Positions 10,601-19,700 of a stretch of DNA of 64,000 nucleotides are shown here, one piece after another. The stretch spans positions 256,001-320,000 of the forward strand of contig CAVPOM010000004.1 of assembly GCA_963707025.1 (NCBI GenBank), in the 5' to 3' direction. The notes below the pieces were generated by a model, which saw only the letters and a list, made by a program, of their open reading frames with translations, ran no database searches and was not told the DNA's origin. Origin of the DNA: an uncultured Verrucomicrobiae bacterium (GTDB taxonomy: Bacteria > Verrucomicrobiota > Verrucomicrobiia > Limisphaerales > Palsa-1400). The position numbers were made by a program, and so were the translations under genes. Positions within the stretch are counted from its first letter, which is position 1. The number at the start of each line of letters is the position of its first letter.

Positions 10601-10706
10601 GAAGGGATTGGGCGGAGGCGGCCGGGCGGGGGACGGAGGCGGCATCGGGGCGCCGGGAGTCTTGAGTTTTGACAGGAGATTGGGTTTGATCAGGTGCAAC
10701 CATCAT
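7605..10706 (-). CDS. nrdJ: Class II (vitamin B12-dependent) ribonucleotide reductase
   Basis: FNSPVWFNVG, SACFI, GGKTRRAAKM, TNPCSEY, ACNLASLNL, APTGTI, YRDGSK; C-terminal TSCPD-like domain and CPKCG...CLNCG. Confidence 0.96.
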   Translation of the reverse strand: MMVAPDQTQSPVKTQDSRRPDAASVPRPAASAQSLPLERVFSDPNLKPFDQIEWDRRTAEITDDTGKVIFRQENVEVPKSWSELATKVVVSKYFYGEQHTGERETSVRQLIHRVCRTLADWGVRDGYFDQAGGEVFYEELAWLCLNQYGAFNSPVWFNVGLFHQYRVGQSSSRGGWFTNRQTGAAERARTQYEYPQGSACFIQSVEDNMESIMHLAHSEAMLFKYGSGTGTDLTPIRSGREKLSGGGHPSGPLSFLRVYDQVASVVKSGGKTRRAAKMNTLRDWHGDIEEFIDAKQIEEKKAWALIEQGYDGSYNGDAYGSVMYQNENLSVRVTDQFMQAAIEGREWWTRRVTDGAPLQKKDAATLLRKIAEGAWTCGDPGLQYDGAIQKWHTCKCTEPIHSTNPCSEYVFLNNTACNLASLNLLKFKRDDGRFDIGRFKAAVRLFITAQEILVDNASYPTKEIAENSHLFRTLGLGYANLGSLIMSYGLPYDSDEGRALAGAVTAIMTSHAYEQSARIASLMGPFQGYRDARCAHVPQPLGPDNIASTLDVIQLHRQAVEDIHPSSEFAYLKDEARLTWSRALERARQSGCRNAQVTVLAPTGTIAFLMDCDTTGVEPDIALVKYKLLAGGGSLKIVNRGVADALRRLHYAEPEIAAIIAHVARFDTIEDVQENGAAIPSGLKPEHLPVFDCAFKAFRGQRSISYQAHLKMMAAAQPFISGAISKTVNLPHNCTVQDIQDAFIQAWKMGLKCVAIYRDGSKRSQPLNTQKTNEGAPEAAAAHLKDLEAQLGKLQAQTGQPLRRRLPDTRTAVTHKFDIAGHEGYLTVGLFGDGQPGELFITMAKEGSTIGGLMDSIGTLTSLALQYGVPLEALIKKFAHQRFEPSGFTKNPDIRNASSIIDYVFRWLGYQFVPGYAEANGGARAQTEMHMPGLEQEVKKKLNRPVPDLPIADDTDLLLAPGRGLQPKDRGNGNGHDGGHPQAPPSGRTMDPLSQSLAHFQQDAPTCPKCGHVAVRNGACFKCLNCGESLGCS

Positions 10707-10825
10707 AAGCCAGCGTTCTAGTTAATTGTTTATCCCAAGTTTTTAAATGTCGCACGATTTTTACAATCGGCCAAGTGCCACTCTTTTTATTACAGACAGC
10801 CTTCGGCAGCAAAAGGCTGGCAGCA

Positions 10826-10874
10826 GCCCACATATAGTGGGGGTGAGGTGCAGTTTAGCCCCACATATGGTGGT
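10826..10874. promoter_or_regulatory. Tandem NrdR boxes upstream of nrdJ
   Basis: GCCCACATATAGTGGG (10826-10841) and CCCCACATATGGTGGT (10859-10874), 33 bp apart, resembling the acaCwAtATaTwGtg NrdR consensus. Confidence 0.75.
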
Positions 10875-11574
10875 TGCAAGCATTTTCTTGAAAAAAGTTA
10901 TCGCCGGGTTTTTCCCAGCAGAAACCGGCCGTTGGGCTTGCGGGAGAGGACATTGGGCGGGTTGGTGAACAGGTTCTTCCTGGCGATGTGAATAACTCCG
11001 CCCCCCCCCTGGCCCATAAAAAACACCTTGATTTGGCTTGATTGCCTTGATCGGTAGTGCTCGTTCTTTTTGAATGTAAGATGTTGAAGGAAAACAGCTT
11101 GTGTATAAATTGCAGCGAATAATGGGCTTGATTGGCGAATTTCGGCATTGGCAGGCGTGCCAGGCGGCCATTTATTGCCATTTCGGTCATTACGGCGGAG
11201 CAATCTGGAAATGAGGCGCAAAGGAGCGCAAAGAACACAGGGAAGATCATGCGAGGTCAATCTTTCTGCTCCGGGAAGTGGCCGCGCGCGCCGCGGCCGG
11301 GTGGGCGCCTCCACCCGCACGCCACCCCTGACTGTTCCGGCGTTTCTCACGCTGGTAATTGAGCCATAGGTTCTAATTTTTGTCAAGGCCGGTTTCGTTG
11401 GCTGCGGGAAATGTCCTTGCCGGGCTTTTGGCGTGCCAGAAACTCACTGGGGATTGGGGTGATGTACCGATCGGCCGGCGCGGTTGACAACGGGCGGCGG
11501 GCGTGGCATGGTTTCGCCGTCGTTAGTGGCAGAGACGTTTTACGTGGAAAAAATAACAGCGAACACGAATTCCC

Positions 11575-11994
11575 ATGACCAGCACACTCGTTCAACCGTA
11601 TTTATTCTTCGGGGGCCGCTGCGAAGAGGCGCTCGAATTCTACCGCGCCGCTCTGGGCGCGCAGGTGGATTTTCTCATGCGCTACAAGGAAAGTCCGGAA
11701 CCGACTCCTCCCGGCATGCTGCCGGCGGGCTTTGAGAACAAAGTCATGCACAGCACCTTCCGCATCGGCGGAACCACGCTAATGGCTTCCGACGGATGCG
11801 AGGCCGGACCGCGCTTCGAGGGCTTTTCGCTCTCGCTGGCCGTGCCGACGGAGGCGGAGGCGGATCGCGTCTTCGCGGCTCTGGCCAAAGGCGGCCAGGT
11901 GAAGATGGCTCTGGCCAAGACGTTTTGGTCACCGCGCTTCGGCATGCTGACGGACCGCTTCGGGATCGGCTGGATGGTCAGTGTGGCGGCTTAA
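11575..11994 (+). CDS. VOC family PhnB/YjdN-like protein
   Basis: [47 protein letters not shown]. Confidence 0.9.
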   Translation: MTSTLVQPYLFFGGRCEEALEFYRAALGAQVDFLMRYKESPEPTPPGMLPAGFENKVMHSTFRIGGTTLMASDGCEAGPRFEGFSLSLAVPTEAEADRVFAALAKGGQVKMALAKTFWSPRFGMLTDRFGIGWMVSVAA

Positions 11995-13575
11995 CGCCGG
12001 GCTTTGGGACGGCGGGCGTGGGAGCGGCGGAACCGGCCGGCGGAAGCGCGGTCGCGAGCGTGGCGGGCGGAGCGGGCGGGCGGGCGAGCGGACGTGGAGG
12101 TGGATTTCTTGAGCTTGGGACGCTCGCGCTCGGGGCTTTGTTCCCGCTCGCGGGCGCGCAGGACAATGGGGCAGCCTTCGTAGCCGAAGGCGGCGCGCAT
12201 TTGGTTGGAGAGGTATTTTTTTGTACTGGCCGGAGAACAAGTTTTCCTTGTTGACAAAGAGGAGAAAGACGGGCGGGGACGGGTTGACCTGGGTGGCGTA
12301 GAAGAATTTCAAACGATGCCCGGCCGCGCTGGCCGGCTGGCGGCGCTCGATGGCGTCCTGCAGGGTCCGGTTCAAAATGCCGGTGGGAATCTTCTGGCGC
12401 AGTTGGGCGGTGACGTAACGGATGGATTCGAGCAGGCGATCCAGATGAAAGCCGGTTTTGGCGGAGGTGAAAATGACCGGGGCGTAATCGAGGAAGAAAA
12501 GCTGCTCCTGCACCCAGCCGCCAAATTCGCCCAGGGTGAGGGGCGGGGCGTCCTGGCCCTCACGGCGATGAGTGCGGCGCTTTTCCTCGCGGTGGGCCTC
12601 CTTGCGGGCGGCGTCCACCTCCGGGCCGATCAGGTCCCATTTGTTGACAACGATGAGGCAGGCCTTGTTCCGCTCCACGATTTTCCCCGCGACTTTTTTG
12701 TCCTGGGAAGTCACGCCGGCCTGGGCGTCAATCATCAGGACGGCGATGTCGCAGCGGGCGATGGAATCCTCGGTGCGTTTGACGCTGAAGTACTCGACCG
12801 AATCGTCAATGCGCCGCTCCTGCCGGACGCCGGCGGTGTCAATGAGAATATAGTCCTGGCGCGCGCCGTCCGTTTCGACGGAGAAGGGCACGTCCACCGC
12901 GTCGCGCGTGGTGCCGGGGATGGGGGTGACGATGACGCGTTTGGAGTGGGTCAGCGCGTTGATGAGGGAGGACTTGCCGACGTTGGGCCGGCCGATAATG
13001 GCCAGCTTGAGAGGGGGAACGGGGGGCGGCGCGCCCGGGGTTTCCGGGGCGGAAGCGGTTTCCTTGGGCAGGAGCGCGACGGCGGCGTCCATGAGGTTGC
13101 TGATGCCGCGCTGGTGGATGGCGCTGACGGGGAAATTTTGGGCAAAGCCCAGTTCGGTGAACACGTCCGCGGCGGCTTCGGACTGGTCGTTGTCGGCCTT
13201 GTTGATGGCGACGAGGACCGGTTTGCCCGCCCGGCGCAAGCGCTGGGCGACTTCGCGGTCCAAGGGGACGACGCCTTCCTGCAAATTGACGACGAGGAGA
13301 ATGACGGTGGCGGATGCAATGGCCAGTTCGACTTGCTCGAAGGCGGCCTGGACGATGACATCGCGGGCTTTTTCGCCGCGCAACAGGCCCAGACCGCCGG
13401 TGTCCACCAGGGTGAAGGAGCGTCCGTTCCACTCGGCCTGGACGCTGATGCGGTCGCGCGTCACGCCCGGCTCGTCGTGGACGATGGCGATGCGGCGGCC
13501 GGCGATGCGATTGAACAGGGCCGACTTGCCGACGTTGGGCCGGCCGACAATGGCGATGAGATTGGGGGAAGCCAT
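11991..13575 (-). CDS. der: Ribosome biogenesis GTPase Der/EngA (apparent +1 frameshift in T7 run at 12216-12222)
   Basis: Two GRPNVGKS P-loops, DTGG and DTAG, NKAD and NKWD; the KH-like C-terminus ([17 protein letters not shown]) continues in another frame. Confidence 0.93.
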
Positions 13576-13635
13576 GGGGGAGGATAGAGCGGGGCGGGGG
13601 GCGTGGCACGAACTAATGTCAAGGGTGGCGGCGGA

Positions 13636-13778
13636 GGGGTGCATTTCAGATTTTTGGGTTCCCCTCTTAATCTTGCTCCTAATCTTAATCCTAATCCCAT
13701 CGCCCTCCCGCATTCGGATTAAGAGCAAGATTAAGATTACGATTAAGAAAGAAGACCCCAAAATGCGAAATGCGCCCC
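13636..13778. repeat. MITE-like palindromic element with internal GATTA(A/G) hexamer arrays
   Basis: Ends GGGGTGCATTTCAGATTTTTGGG and CCCCAAAATGCGAAATGCGCCCC form imperfect IRs; flanked by a possible CGGA duplication. Confidence 0.6.
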
Positions 13779-13862
13779 CGGAGGAGGGGCGCATCTTGAC
13801 ACTGCTACCGGAGTCAGGCGCAAGAAGGCTACAGGAGTGCGCCCGTCCTCGGGGAATGGCGC

Positions 13863-15350
13863 TTAAATAAGGGAAGCCTTTCTTTTGGCCCGGGCCAGAC
13901 GGCGGCGTTTATTGCGGCTCCAGGGCTGGCGGTATTGATGCCGCGATTTGTTCAAATGGGGGTATTTGGATCGTTTCTTGACAGCGCGCGGCTCCGCTCT
14001 TCCCGGACGCCTGGGCACCAGATCGGTCGCCAGCCTTCGGAGCAGCCGCTGCCATAATTGGCGGCGCCGTCCCCCTTTGTTCCGGGCGTGTCCGAGTTGT
14101 GCCAGTGCCTGCGTCCATTGCCGGAAGGCGTCCAGGCTGCCTTTGAAACTGATCCGATCCAAGTCCACGTTCTGGCTTTGCGCGGCTTCGGCCATGATCC
14201 AGCGCAGGAAATTATGGGCGGTGAGGAAGAGCAGGAGTTCTTTCTCCACCATGCGGGGACAGAGGCAATGCAGGCTCTGCATGCCCAGGGTGGTTTTGAG
14301 ATCGTCCAGGCACAGTTCCATGCGCCAGCGCCGGGCATAAGCGGCCGCCAGTTCCTCCGCTGGAAAAAGCGCCGCATCCAACAGGGTCGTGACCAGGGTC
14401 AGGTGGCGGGTGCGGAAGCCGGCCCGGCTCAGGCGCGCGCGCAGCACCCGCACCGTGATCTGCGGCGGCAGTCCGAGCCATTCCAGGAACGAAAGCAGGG
14501 GCGAAGGCCGGCCGGGTTTGGACCAGGTAAAGAGCGCGTCCCAGTGACCCAGGCGTTGGCGGGCCTGGCGGAAATCCACCTTGCGGTTGCGCACGGAGAC
14601 CCGCGCGAGCAAATCCACGCCCAGGAGTTGGAGGACGGCGGCGATAATATAAACCCCATAGGCGCGGTCGCCCAAGAGGATGTCGCCGGGGTGCAAAGCC
14701 GAGCGCAAGCCGTGGAGAAACAGAGCCAGTTCGGAGGAGCGCAGGCTGCCGGTGGCTTTGGCCAAAAGGGCGCCGCTGGCGGCGGAGAACAGAGCCACCA
14801 CGCGCAGGTGGGGAAAGCCGCCGCCGGGCTGCAGGCTTTGGCTGGGGGGAAAGGCCGCCCGATTGGCCGGGGTGTCGGGCAGGTGGGTGCCGCTGCCATC
14901 GACCGCTTTCAACGGGCGGCCCTGTAGCAGCGTACTGGCCGGGGCGCGCTTTTCGGCGCTGTCGGCGCTGGCCGCGAAGGCTTGCTCCAGCAAGGCCAGG
15001 GGGAGTTTGGCGCGGGCCTGGCAATAGGCGCTGCTGTCCGGCTCCGGTTCCGGGCCTTGGACCAAGGCCAGCAGGGCCTGCACCTGAAGGACGACGTGGC
15101 GGCAGGAAGTGTTGGCTTGGAAGACTGGCCAGACCCAGCACCACCAGGTGCGAACCAGAGTGTAAACCTGCTCGCGGGAGTAGTCGCCGGCGGCCGGTTT
15201 TCGCAGGAGGTCGGTGGGCAAGGCGGGAGCCAGGCGGTCCTCGATCTGACTCAAGGTGGCGTGACGGAGGCGCGCCAGGCTGTGGGCACAGCGGCGGCCC
15301 GCCGCCGCCAGACGGGGCCGCCAGGCCGGGAAGAAGGGGGTGTCGGGCAT
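13863..15350 (-). CDS. IS4-family DDE transposase
   Basis: [29 protein letters not shown] (Y-R-E-K-like signature), C-terminal RPGR.EPRAVK. Confidence 0.9.
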   Translation of the reverse strand: MPDTPFFPAWRPRLAAAGRRCAHSLARLRHATLSQIEDRLAPALPTDLLRKPAAGDYSREQVYTLVRTWWCWVWPVFQANTSCRHVVLQVQALLALVQGPEPEPDSSAYCQARAKLPLALLEQAFAASADSAEKRAPASTLLQGRPLKAVDGSGTHLPDTPANRAAFPPSQSLQPGGGFPHLRVVALFSAASGALLAKATGSLRSSELALFLHGLRSALHPGDILLGDRAYGVYIIAAVLQLLGVDLLARVSVRNRKVDFRQARQRLGHWDALFTWSKPGRPSPLLSFLEWLGLPPQITVRVLRARLSRAGFRTRHLTLVTTLLDAALFPAEELAAAYARRWRMELCLDDLKTTLGMQSLHCLCPRMVEKELLLFLTAHNFLRWIMAEAAQSQNVDLDRISFKGSLDAFRQWTQALAQLGHARNKGGRRRQLWQRLLRRLATDLVPRRPGRAEPRAVKKRSKYPHLNKSRHQYRQPWSRNKRRRLARAKRKASLI

Positions 15351-15374
15351 AAGGCGGTATATATACCGCCTTAT
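15349..15374. promoter_or_regulatory. Perfect 26-bp palindrome between the divergent IS genes (candidate operator)
   Basis: ATAAGGCGGTATATATACCGCCTTAT overlaps the transposase ATG and abuts TTGACA at 15374-15379. Confidence 0.55.
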
Positions 15375-15399
15375 TGACACGTCTGCTACTCTTTTCTTT

Positions 15400-15747
15400 A
15401 TGCCGACTCACAAAACAACCCGGCCAGCCCAATGGCAGGCCCAATACGCCCAATTACGCGACCGGCTGGCCAGAACCGGCTGGATCAGCGAGGGCTACGT
15501 GCAAGACCGCGGCCCCGGAGCAGGCGGCCCTTGTTATCAGTGGACCCGCAAGGTCAAAGGCAAAACGGTCAGTGTCGCTCTCTCCAAAGAACAATATGAG
15601 TGGCTCCATGACGCCATTGCCGAGTGGCGGGAGGTGCAAGCCACCATCAAAGCCATGCAACGCTTGAGCCGTCAAGTCTTGTTTGAAACCATCCCGCATC
15701 CCCCGCGTCGTAAGAGGCTGGGTAAGAAAGTTTTAGGTCTTATTTAA
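15400..15747 (+). CDS. IS-associated small basic protein (DUF6788-like)
   Basis: GPCYQWTRKVKGKTVSVALSKEQ...AIAEWR motif typical of DUF6788; stop codon lies inside the right IR. Confidence 0.7.
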   Translation: MPTHKTTRPAQWQAQYAQLRDRLARTGWISEGYVQDRGPGAGGPCYQWTRKVKGKTVSVALSKEQYEWLHDAIAEWREVQATIKAMQRLSRQVLFETIPHPPRRKRLGKKVLGLI

Positions 15748-15949
15748 GCGCCATTCCCCGTCCTCGGGCGCAGCAGCGTGGGAAGCATGGGGCGCCGGTG
15801 ATCTTTCTGCGCACCCAAAGAATCCCCGGCTTGCTGCGGCCGGGGACGGCCGCACTCCGCCAGCAGCAGCGTCAAGCTGCGCCGCCGGTGGAGCGGGGCA
15901 AATGTTCCGCATTGCTTCCCGGACGATTTTGGGATAGGACACCAAAACC

Positions 15950-17152
15950 ATGACCACCAAAATGCGTTTCTATTCCATTCTGCTGCTGCTGCCGTTGTTG
16001 GCCGGGTGCGCCACTCCAAAACTCCCCGGCGTGGGCGCGGCCATGCAAAGGGCGGTGGATGCCCGTGAGATCTCCGGCGCCGTCACCATGGTCGTGACCA
16101 AGGATAAAGTGATTCATTTGGAAACGACCGGGCTGGCGGACATCGCCGCCCAAAAGCCCATGCAGGCGGACACCGTGTTCTGGATCGCCTCGATGACCAA
16201 GCCCATCACCGCCGTCTCCGTGCTGATGTTGCAGGATGAGGGCAAACTCAACGTGGCGGATCCCATCGCGAAATATATCCCGGCGTTTGCCAGCCTGAAA
16301 ACTCCCTCCGGCCAACCCGCCAATCTCACCCTTGCCCAGGTGCTGACCCACACCTCCGGCCTGGGCGAAGGCGATGCCAATGCCGCGCACAACGCGCATA
16401 CCCTGGCCGACATGATCCCGCTCTATCTGGCCGCGCCCATGCAATACGAGCCGGGGTCAAAATGGAGATACACGCAATCGGGCATCAACACGGCCGCGCG
16501 CGTCGTCGAGGTGGTCAGCGGGATGTCCTTCGATGTCTTCGTCCAGCGGCGCATCCTTGATCCGCTCGGCATGAAGCACACCACTTTCTATCCCGCGAAC
16601 ATGCCGTCCGCGCATCTGGTCGTGGCTTACAAAAAAGACCAGGCCACCGGCGCGCTGGTGGTGGCGCCGCCGCTGGGCGATTTCGGGGCGGCCGGCCATC
16701 CGCCGTTCGGCAATGGCGGGCTTTTCTCCACCGGCCCCGATTATGCCCGCTTCTGTCAGATGCTCCTTGGCGGGGGCGTGAGGGAGGGCAAACGCTATCT
16801 CAGTCCGGCGGCCATGAAGCTGCTCACCACCGTCCAAACCGGCAGCCTGCCCACCGGCTTTTTCCAATCGGCCGAATATGGCCAATACGGTGAAAACTAC
16901 GGTTGGGGAATTGGGACCTGCATCCTGCGCGCGCCGCATCCGGGAGTCGCGGCCATGCTCTCCGCCGGCACCTTTGGCCACGGCGGCGCGTGGGGCACGC
17001 AGGCATGGATGGATCCGGTGTTTGGCGTGGCTTACGTGCTCATGGTGCAGCGCTCCAATTTTGGCAACAGCGACGCCAGCGGGGTTCGCCGCGCCTTTCA
17101 ACAAGCGGCGGCCGATGCGCTGCCGCAGAAAACTTTTTCCGCAATTCCTTGA
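15950..17152 (+). CDS. Serine hydrolase, beta-lactamase class C-like lipoprotein
   Basis: Lipobox LAGC; SMTK (SxxK), LTHTSG, GGLFST..DY, FGHGGAWGT. Confidence 0.9.
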   Translation: MTTKMRFYSILLLLPLLAGCATPKLPGVGAAMQRAVDAREISGAVTMVVTKDKVIHLETTGLADIAAQKPMQADTVFWIASMTKPITAVSVLMLQDEGKLNVADPIAKYIPAFASLKTPSGQPANLTLAQVLTHTSGLGEGDANAAHNAHTLADMIPLYLAAPMQYEPGSKWRYTQSGINTAARVVEVVSGMSFDVFVQRRILDPLGMKHTTFYPANMPSAHLVVAYKKDQATGALVVAPPLGDFGAAGHPPFGNGGLFSTGPDYARFCQMLLGGGVREGKRYLSPAAMKLLTTVQTGSLPTGFFQSAEYGQYGENYGWGIGTCILRAPHPGVAAMLSAGTFGHGGAWGTQAWMDPVFGVAYVLMVQRSNFGNSDASGVRRAFQQAAADALPQKTFSAIP

Positions 17153-17227
17153 GCAACGCGCTCGTGAAAAAATGGCAGGCAAGAACCTGTCGCTCTCCAA
17201 CAATGATGAACAAATTCCCCGAAGCCT

Positions 17228-18073
17228 ATGCAAACCACACGCCGCCAGTTTATCCAATCCGGGCTTGTTTGTGCCGCCGGCTTGACCGTCAGTCCGCACA
17301 TCGCCTGGGCCGCTGATCAGCCGAAAACCGTGTCCCTCGGATTCCAACTTTACACGGTGCGCGGCGAATTTGCCCGGAACGTCCCGGACACGATCAAGAC
17401 GCTCGCGCAAATCGGCTACCGCGGAGTCGAGTTTTGGGATTACAGCGGCACGCCCAATGTTTATCAGCACTATTCCGCCGCCGATTTGCGCAAAATCCTC
17501 GATGAAAATGGCCTGAAGTGCTGCGGCATGCATGTGACGTTGGAGGCGTTGGCAGGGGACAAGCTCAAGCGCACGATCGAAAACAACCAGACCCTCGGCA
17601 ATATCTACATCAACCTGGTCATGGCTCCGGACCTCATGAAATCGGAGTCCGGCATTGGCGAGTTGGCCGCGCTGTTGAACAAAACCTCCAGCGAATGCCG
17701 GGCGCAAAACATGGTGGCCGGCTATCATTGTCACGCGTTCGACTTCGCCCTGATCAATGGCCGCTTCGCCTGGGAAATCCTTTTCCGCCGGCTCAAGCCC
17801 GAGGTCAACATGCAGCTCGATGTCGGCAACTGCCTGTCGGGCGGCGGCGACCCCATTGCCATGTTCAAGGAATTCCCGGGCCGCTCCTGGACCGTTCACA
17901 TCAAGGAATACAAGGAAAAGACCTTCGACAGCGATTTTTACAAGGAAGTGTTCCACCTTTGCGAAACGACGTGTGCGACCAAATGGTATATCGTCGAAAT
18001 GGGCAGCGATGACGGCACCGGCTTCGAGGTGCCGCGCCAGGCGCTCGCCAAACTCCACAGCCTCGGCAAATAA
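17228..18073 (+). CDS. Tat-exported sugar phosphate isomerase/epimerase (TIM barrel)
   Basis: TRRQFI Tat motif; QLYTVR, GYRGVEF, YH.H..DF, QLDVG, VHIKE. Confidence 0.88.
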   Translation: MQTTRRQFIQSGLVCAAGLTVSPHIAWAADQPKTVSLGFQLYTVRGEFARNVPDTIKTLAQIGYRGVEFWDYSGTPNVYQHYSAADLRKILDENGLKCCGMHVTLEALAGDKLKRTIENNQTLGNIYINLVMAPDLMKSESGIGELAALLNKTSSECRAQNMVAGYHCHAFDFALINGRFAWEILFRRLKPEVNMQLDVGNCLSGGGDPIAMFKEFPGRSWTVHIKEYKEKTFDSDFYKEVFHLCETTCATKWYIVEMGSDDGTGFEVPRQALAKLHSLGK

Positions 18074-18075
18074 CC

Positions 18076-19683
18076 ATGAAAACCAGCCATGCCACCCCTT
18101 CGCCTTCGGCGGCAGGGACGGTGCCGCCCGCCTGCCCCGCCCCGCGCGCGGGCCGCCTTTCGCGCCGCAAATTCATGCTCGCCAGCGGCGCCGCGGCCGC
18201 TTTTGCCATCGTGCCGCGCCACGTTCTTGGCGGAGCGGGATTTGTCCCGCCCAGCGAAAAGATTACCCTGGCCTGCATCGGTTGCGGGACGCAGGGGCTG
18301 CGCGAGCTGGTGGACCTGCTGCCGGTGCCGGAAATCCAAATCGTGGCCGTTTGCGATCCCGTCAAGGACAGCCACGATTACTTGGACTGGTCCAGCGACG
18401 GCTTGCGCGCGGCCATCGCCAAAGGCATGGGCAAACCGGATTGGCGGCGCGGGCGGGGCGGTGTTCCCGGAGGCCGCGACATCGCCAGGGAACTCATCGA
18501 AACATTTTACGCCGGCCAGCGGTCTTCGGAAAAATTCAAGGGCTGCAACCCCTACGCCGACTTCCGCCAATTGCTTGACCGGGAGAAGGACCTCAACGCC
18601 GTCAAAATCATGACGCCCGATCATCTGCACGCGACCATTGCCCTGGCCGCGATGAAGCAAGGCAAGCATGTGCTCATGCACAAGCCACTGGCCAATCGCT
18701 TGCAGGAAGCCCGCTGGGTCATCGAAACCGCGCGCAAAACCAAAGTCGCCACTCATTTCCTGGCGGCCAACGACGGCGCCGACATTCGGAGGATCAAAAG
18801 CTGGATTGACGACGGCGCCATCGGGACGCTGAGCGAGATTCACAATTGGACCAACCGCCCCGTCTGGCCGCAATATGGCGCCCTGCCAACCGACACGCCT
18901 CCGGCCCCGGCCGATTTTGACTGGCCGCTGTGGCTTGGGCCTTGCACCGACCGTCCCTATCATCCGCATTACACCCACATGGTGTTTCGCGGCTGGTATG
19001 ATTTCGGGGGCGGCGCGCTCGCCGACATGGGCCACTACAGCCTTTGGTCCGTCTTCAAGCTCTTCGATCTGGACTCCCCGGTCTCCGTCGAATCGCGTCC
19101 CAGCCACGTCTGCGCGCTCAACGGCAACGTGGCCATCACCGTCAAAAACGACTGGTCCTTTCCCGACGCCTGTGTCATCCGCTTCAAATTCGCCGCTAAA
19201 GGTCCGCGCCCGCCCGTGGATCTCTTTTGGTACGACGGCTCCATGAAACCGCCCACCCCCGGGGAATTGGAAACCGACGGCCATGAACTCGCTGCCGAAG
19301 GGCTGATGTTTGTTGGCGACAAAGGAAAAATCCTGGCCGATTTTCGCGGGGAAGACCCGCGCCTCATTCCCGCCGGGAAGATGCGCGATTATCTGGCGGC
19401 CCGGAATCTGCCCGCGCCGCCTCCCTCGCCTCGCGACCTCGGCCCAGCCCAGCGCCGCGCGATCAACCGGTGGGTGGCCGCCTGCAAAGGCGGCCCGGCG
19501 ACGGACGGCGACTTTCTCCAAGGCGGGCCCATCTCCGACGCCTTCAACCTCGCGGCCGTCTCGCTGCGTCTGGGTGGCCGGAAACTGGTCTTTGACACTG
19601 CCGCCATGCGCATCACCAATCTCGCCGAAGCCAACCGCCATCTCACCCGCGAATATCGCCAAGGCTGGGAACTGCCAGGTTGA
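18076..19683 (+). CDS. Tat-exported Gfo/Idh/MocA oxidoreductase
   Basis: SRRKFM; IGCGTQG, TPDHLH, KPLA, WLGP, RGWYDFGGGALADMG.Y, REYRQGWEL. Confidence 0.9.
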   Translation: MKTSHATPSPSAAGTVPPACPAPRAGRLSRRKFMLASGAAAAFAIVPRHVLGGAGFVPPSEKITLACIGCGTQGLRELVDLLPVPEIQIVAVCDPVKDSHDYLDWSSDGLRAAIAKGMGKPDWRRGRGGVPGGRDIARELIETFYAGQRSSEKFKGCNPYADFRQLLDREKDLNAVKIMTPDHLHATIALAAMKQGKHVLMHKPLANRLQEARWVIETARKTKVATHFLAANDGADIRRIKSWIDDGAIGTLSEIHNWTNRPVWPQYGALPTDTPPAPADFDWPLWLGPCTDRPYHPHYTHMVFRGWYDFGGGALADMGHYSLWSVFKLFDLDSPVSVESRPSHVCALNGNVAITVKNDWSFPDACVIRFKFAAKGPRPPVDLFWYDGSMKPPTPGELETDGHELAAEGLMFVGDKGKILADFRGEDPRLIPAGKMRDYLAARNLPAPPPSPRDLGPAQRRAINRWVAACKGGPATDGDFLQGGPISDAFNLAAVSLRLGGRKLVFDTAAMRITNLAEANRHLTREYRQGWELPG

Positions 19684-19700
19684 TGAAGAACCGGGTCGCC

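Larger units (their letters stand above)
13853..15757 (-). mobile_element. IS4-family-like insertion sequence carrying transposase plus a divergent accessory ORF
   Basis: Perfect IRs GGAATGGCGCTTAAATAAG / CTTATTTAAGCGCCATTCC; direct repeat CCGTCCTCGG at 13843-13852 and 15758-15767 (boundary ambiguous by about 2 bp). Confidence 0.9.

Noticed and set aside
7605..10706. Intein or intron in nrdJ
   Set aside because: No intein splice motifs or LAGLIDADG blocks; RNR motifs are colinear.
7671..10721. 1016-aa + strand ORF, and similar long antisense ORFs (3447-5519, 12205-13587, 55578-57524)
   Set aside because: Shadow frames of well-supported genes on the opposite strand, common in high-GC DNA; no motifs.
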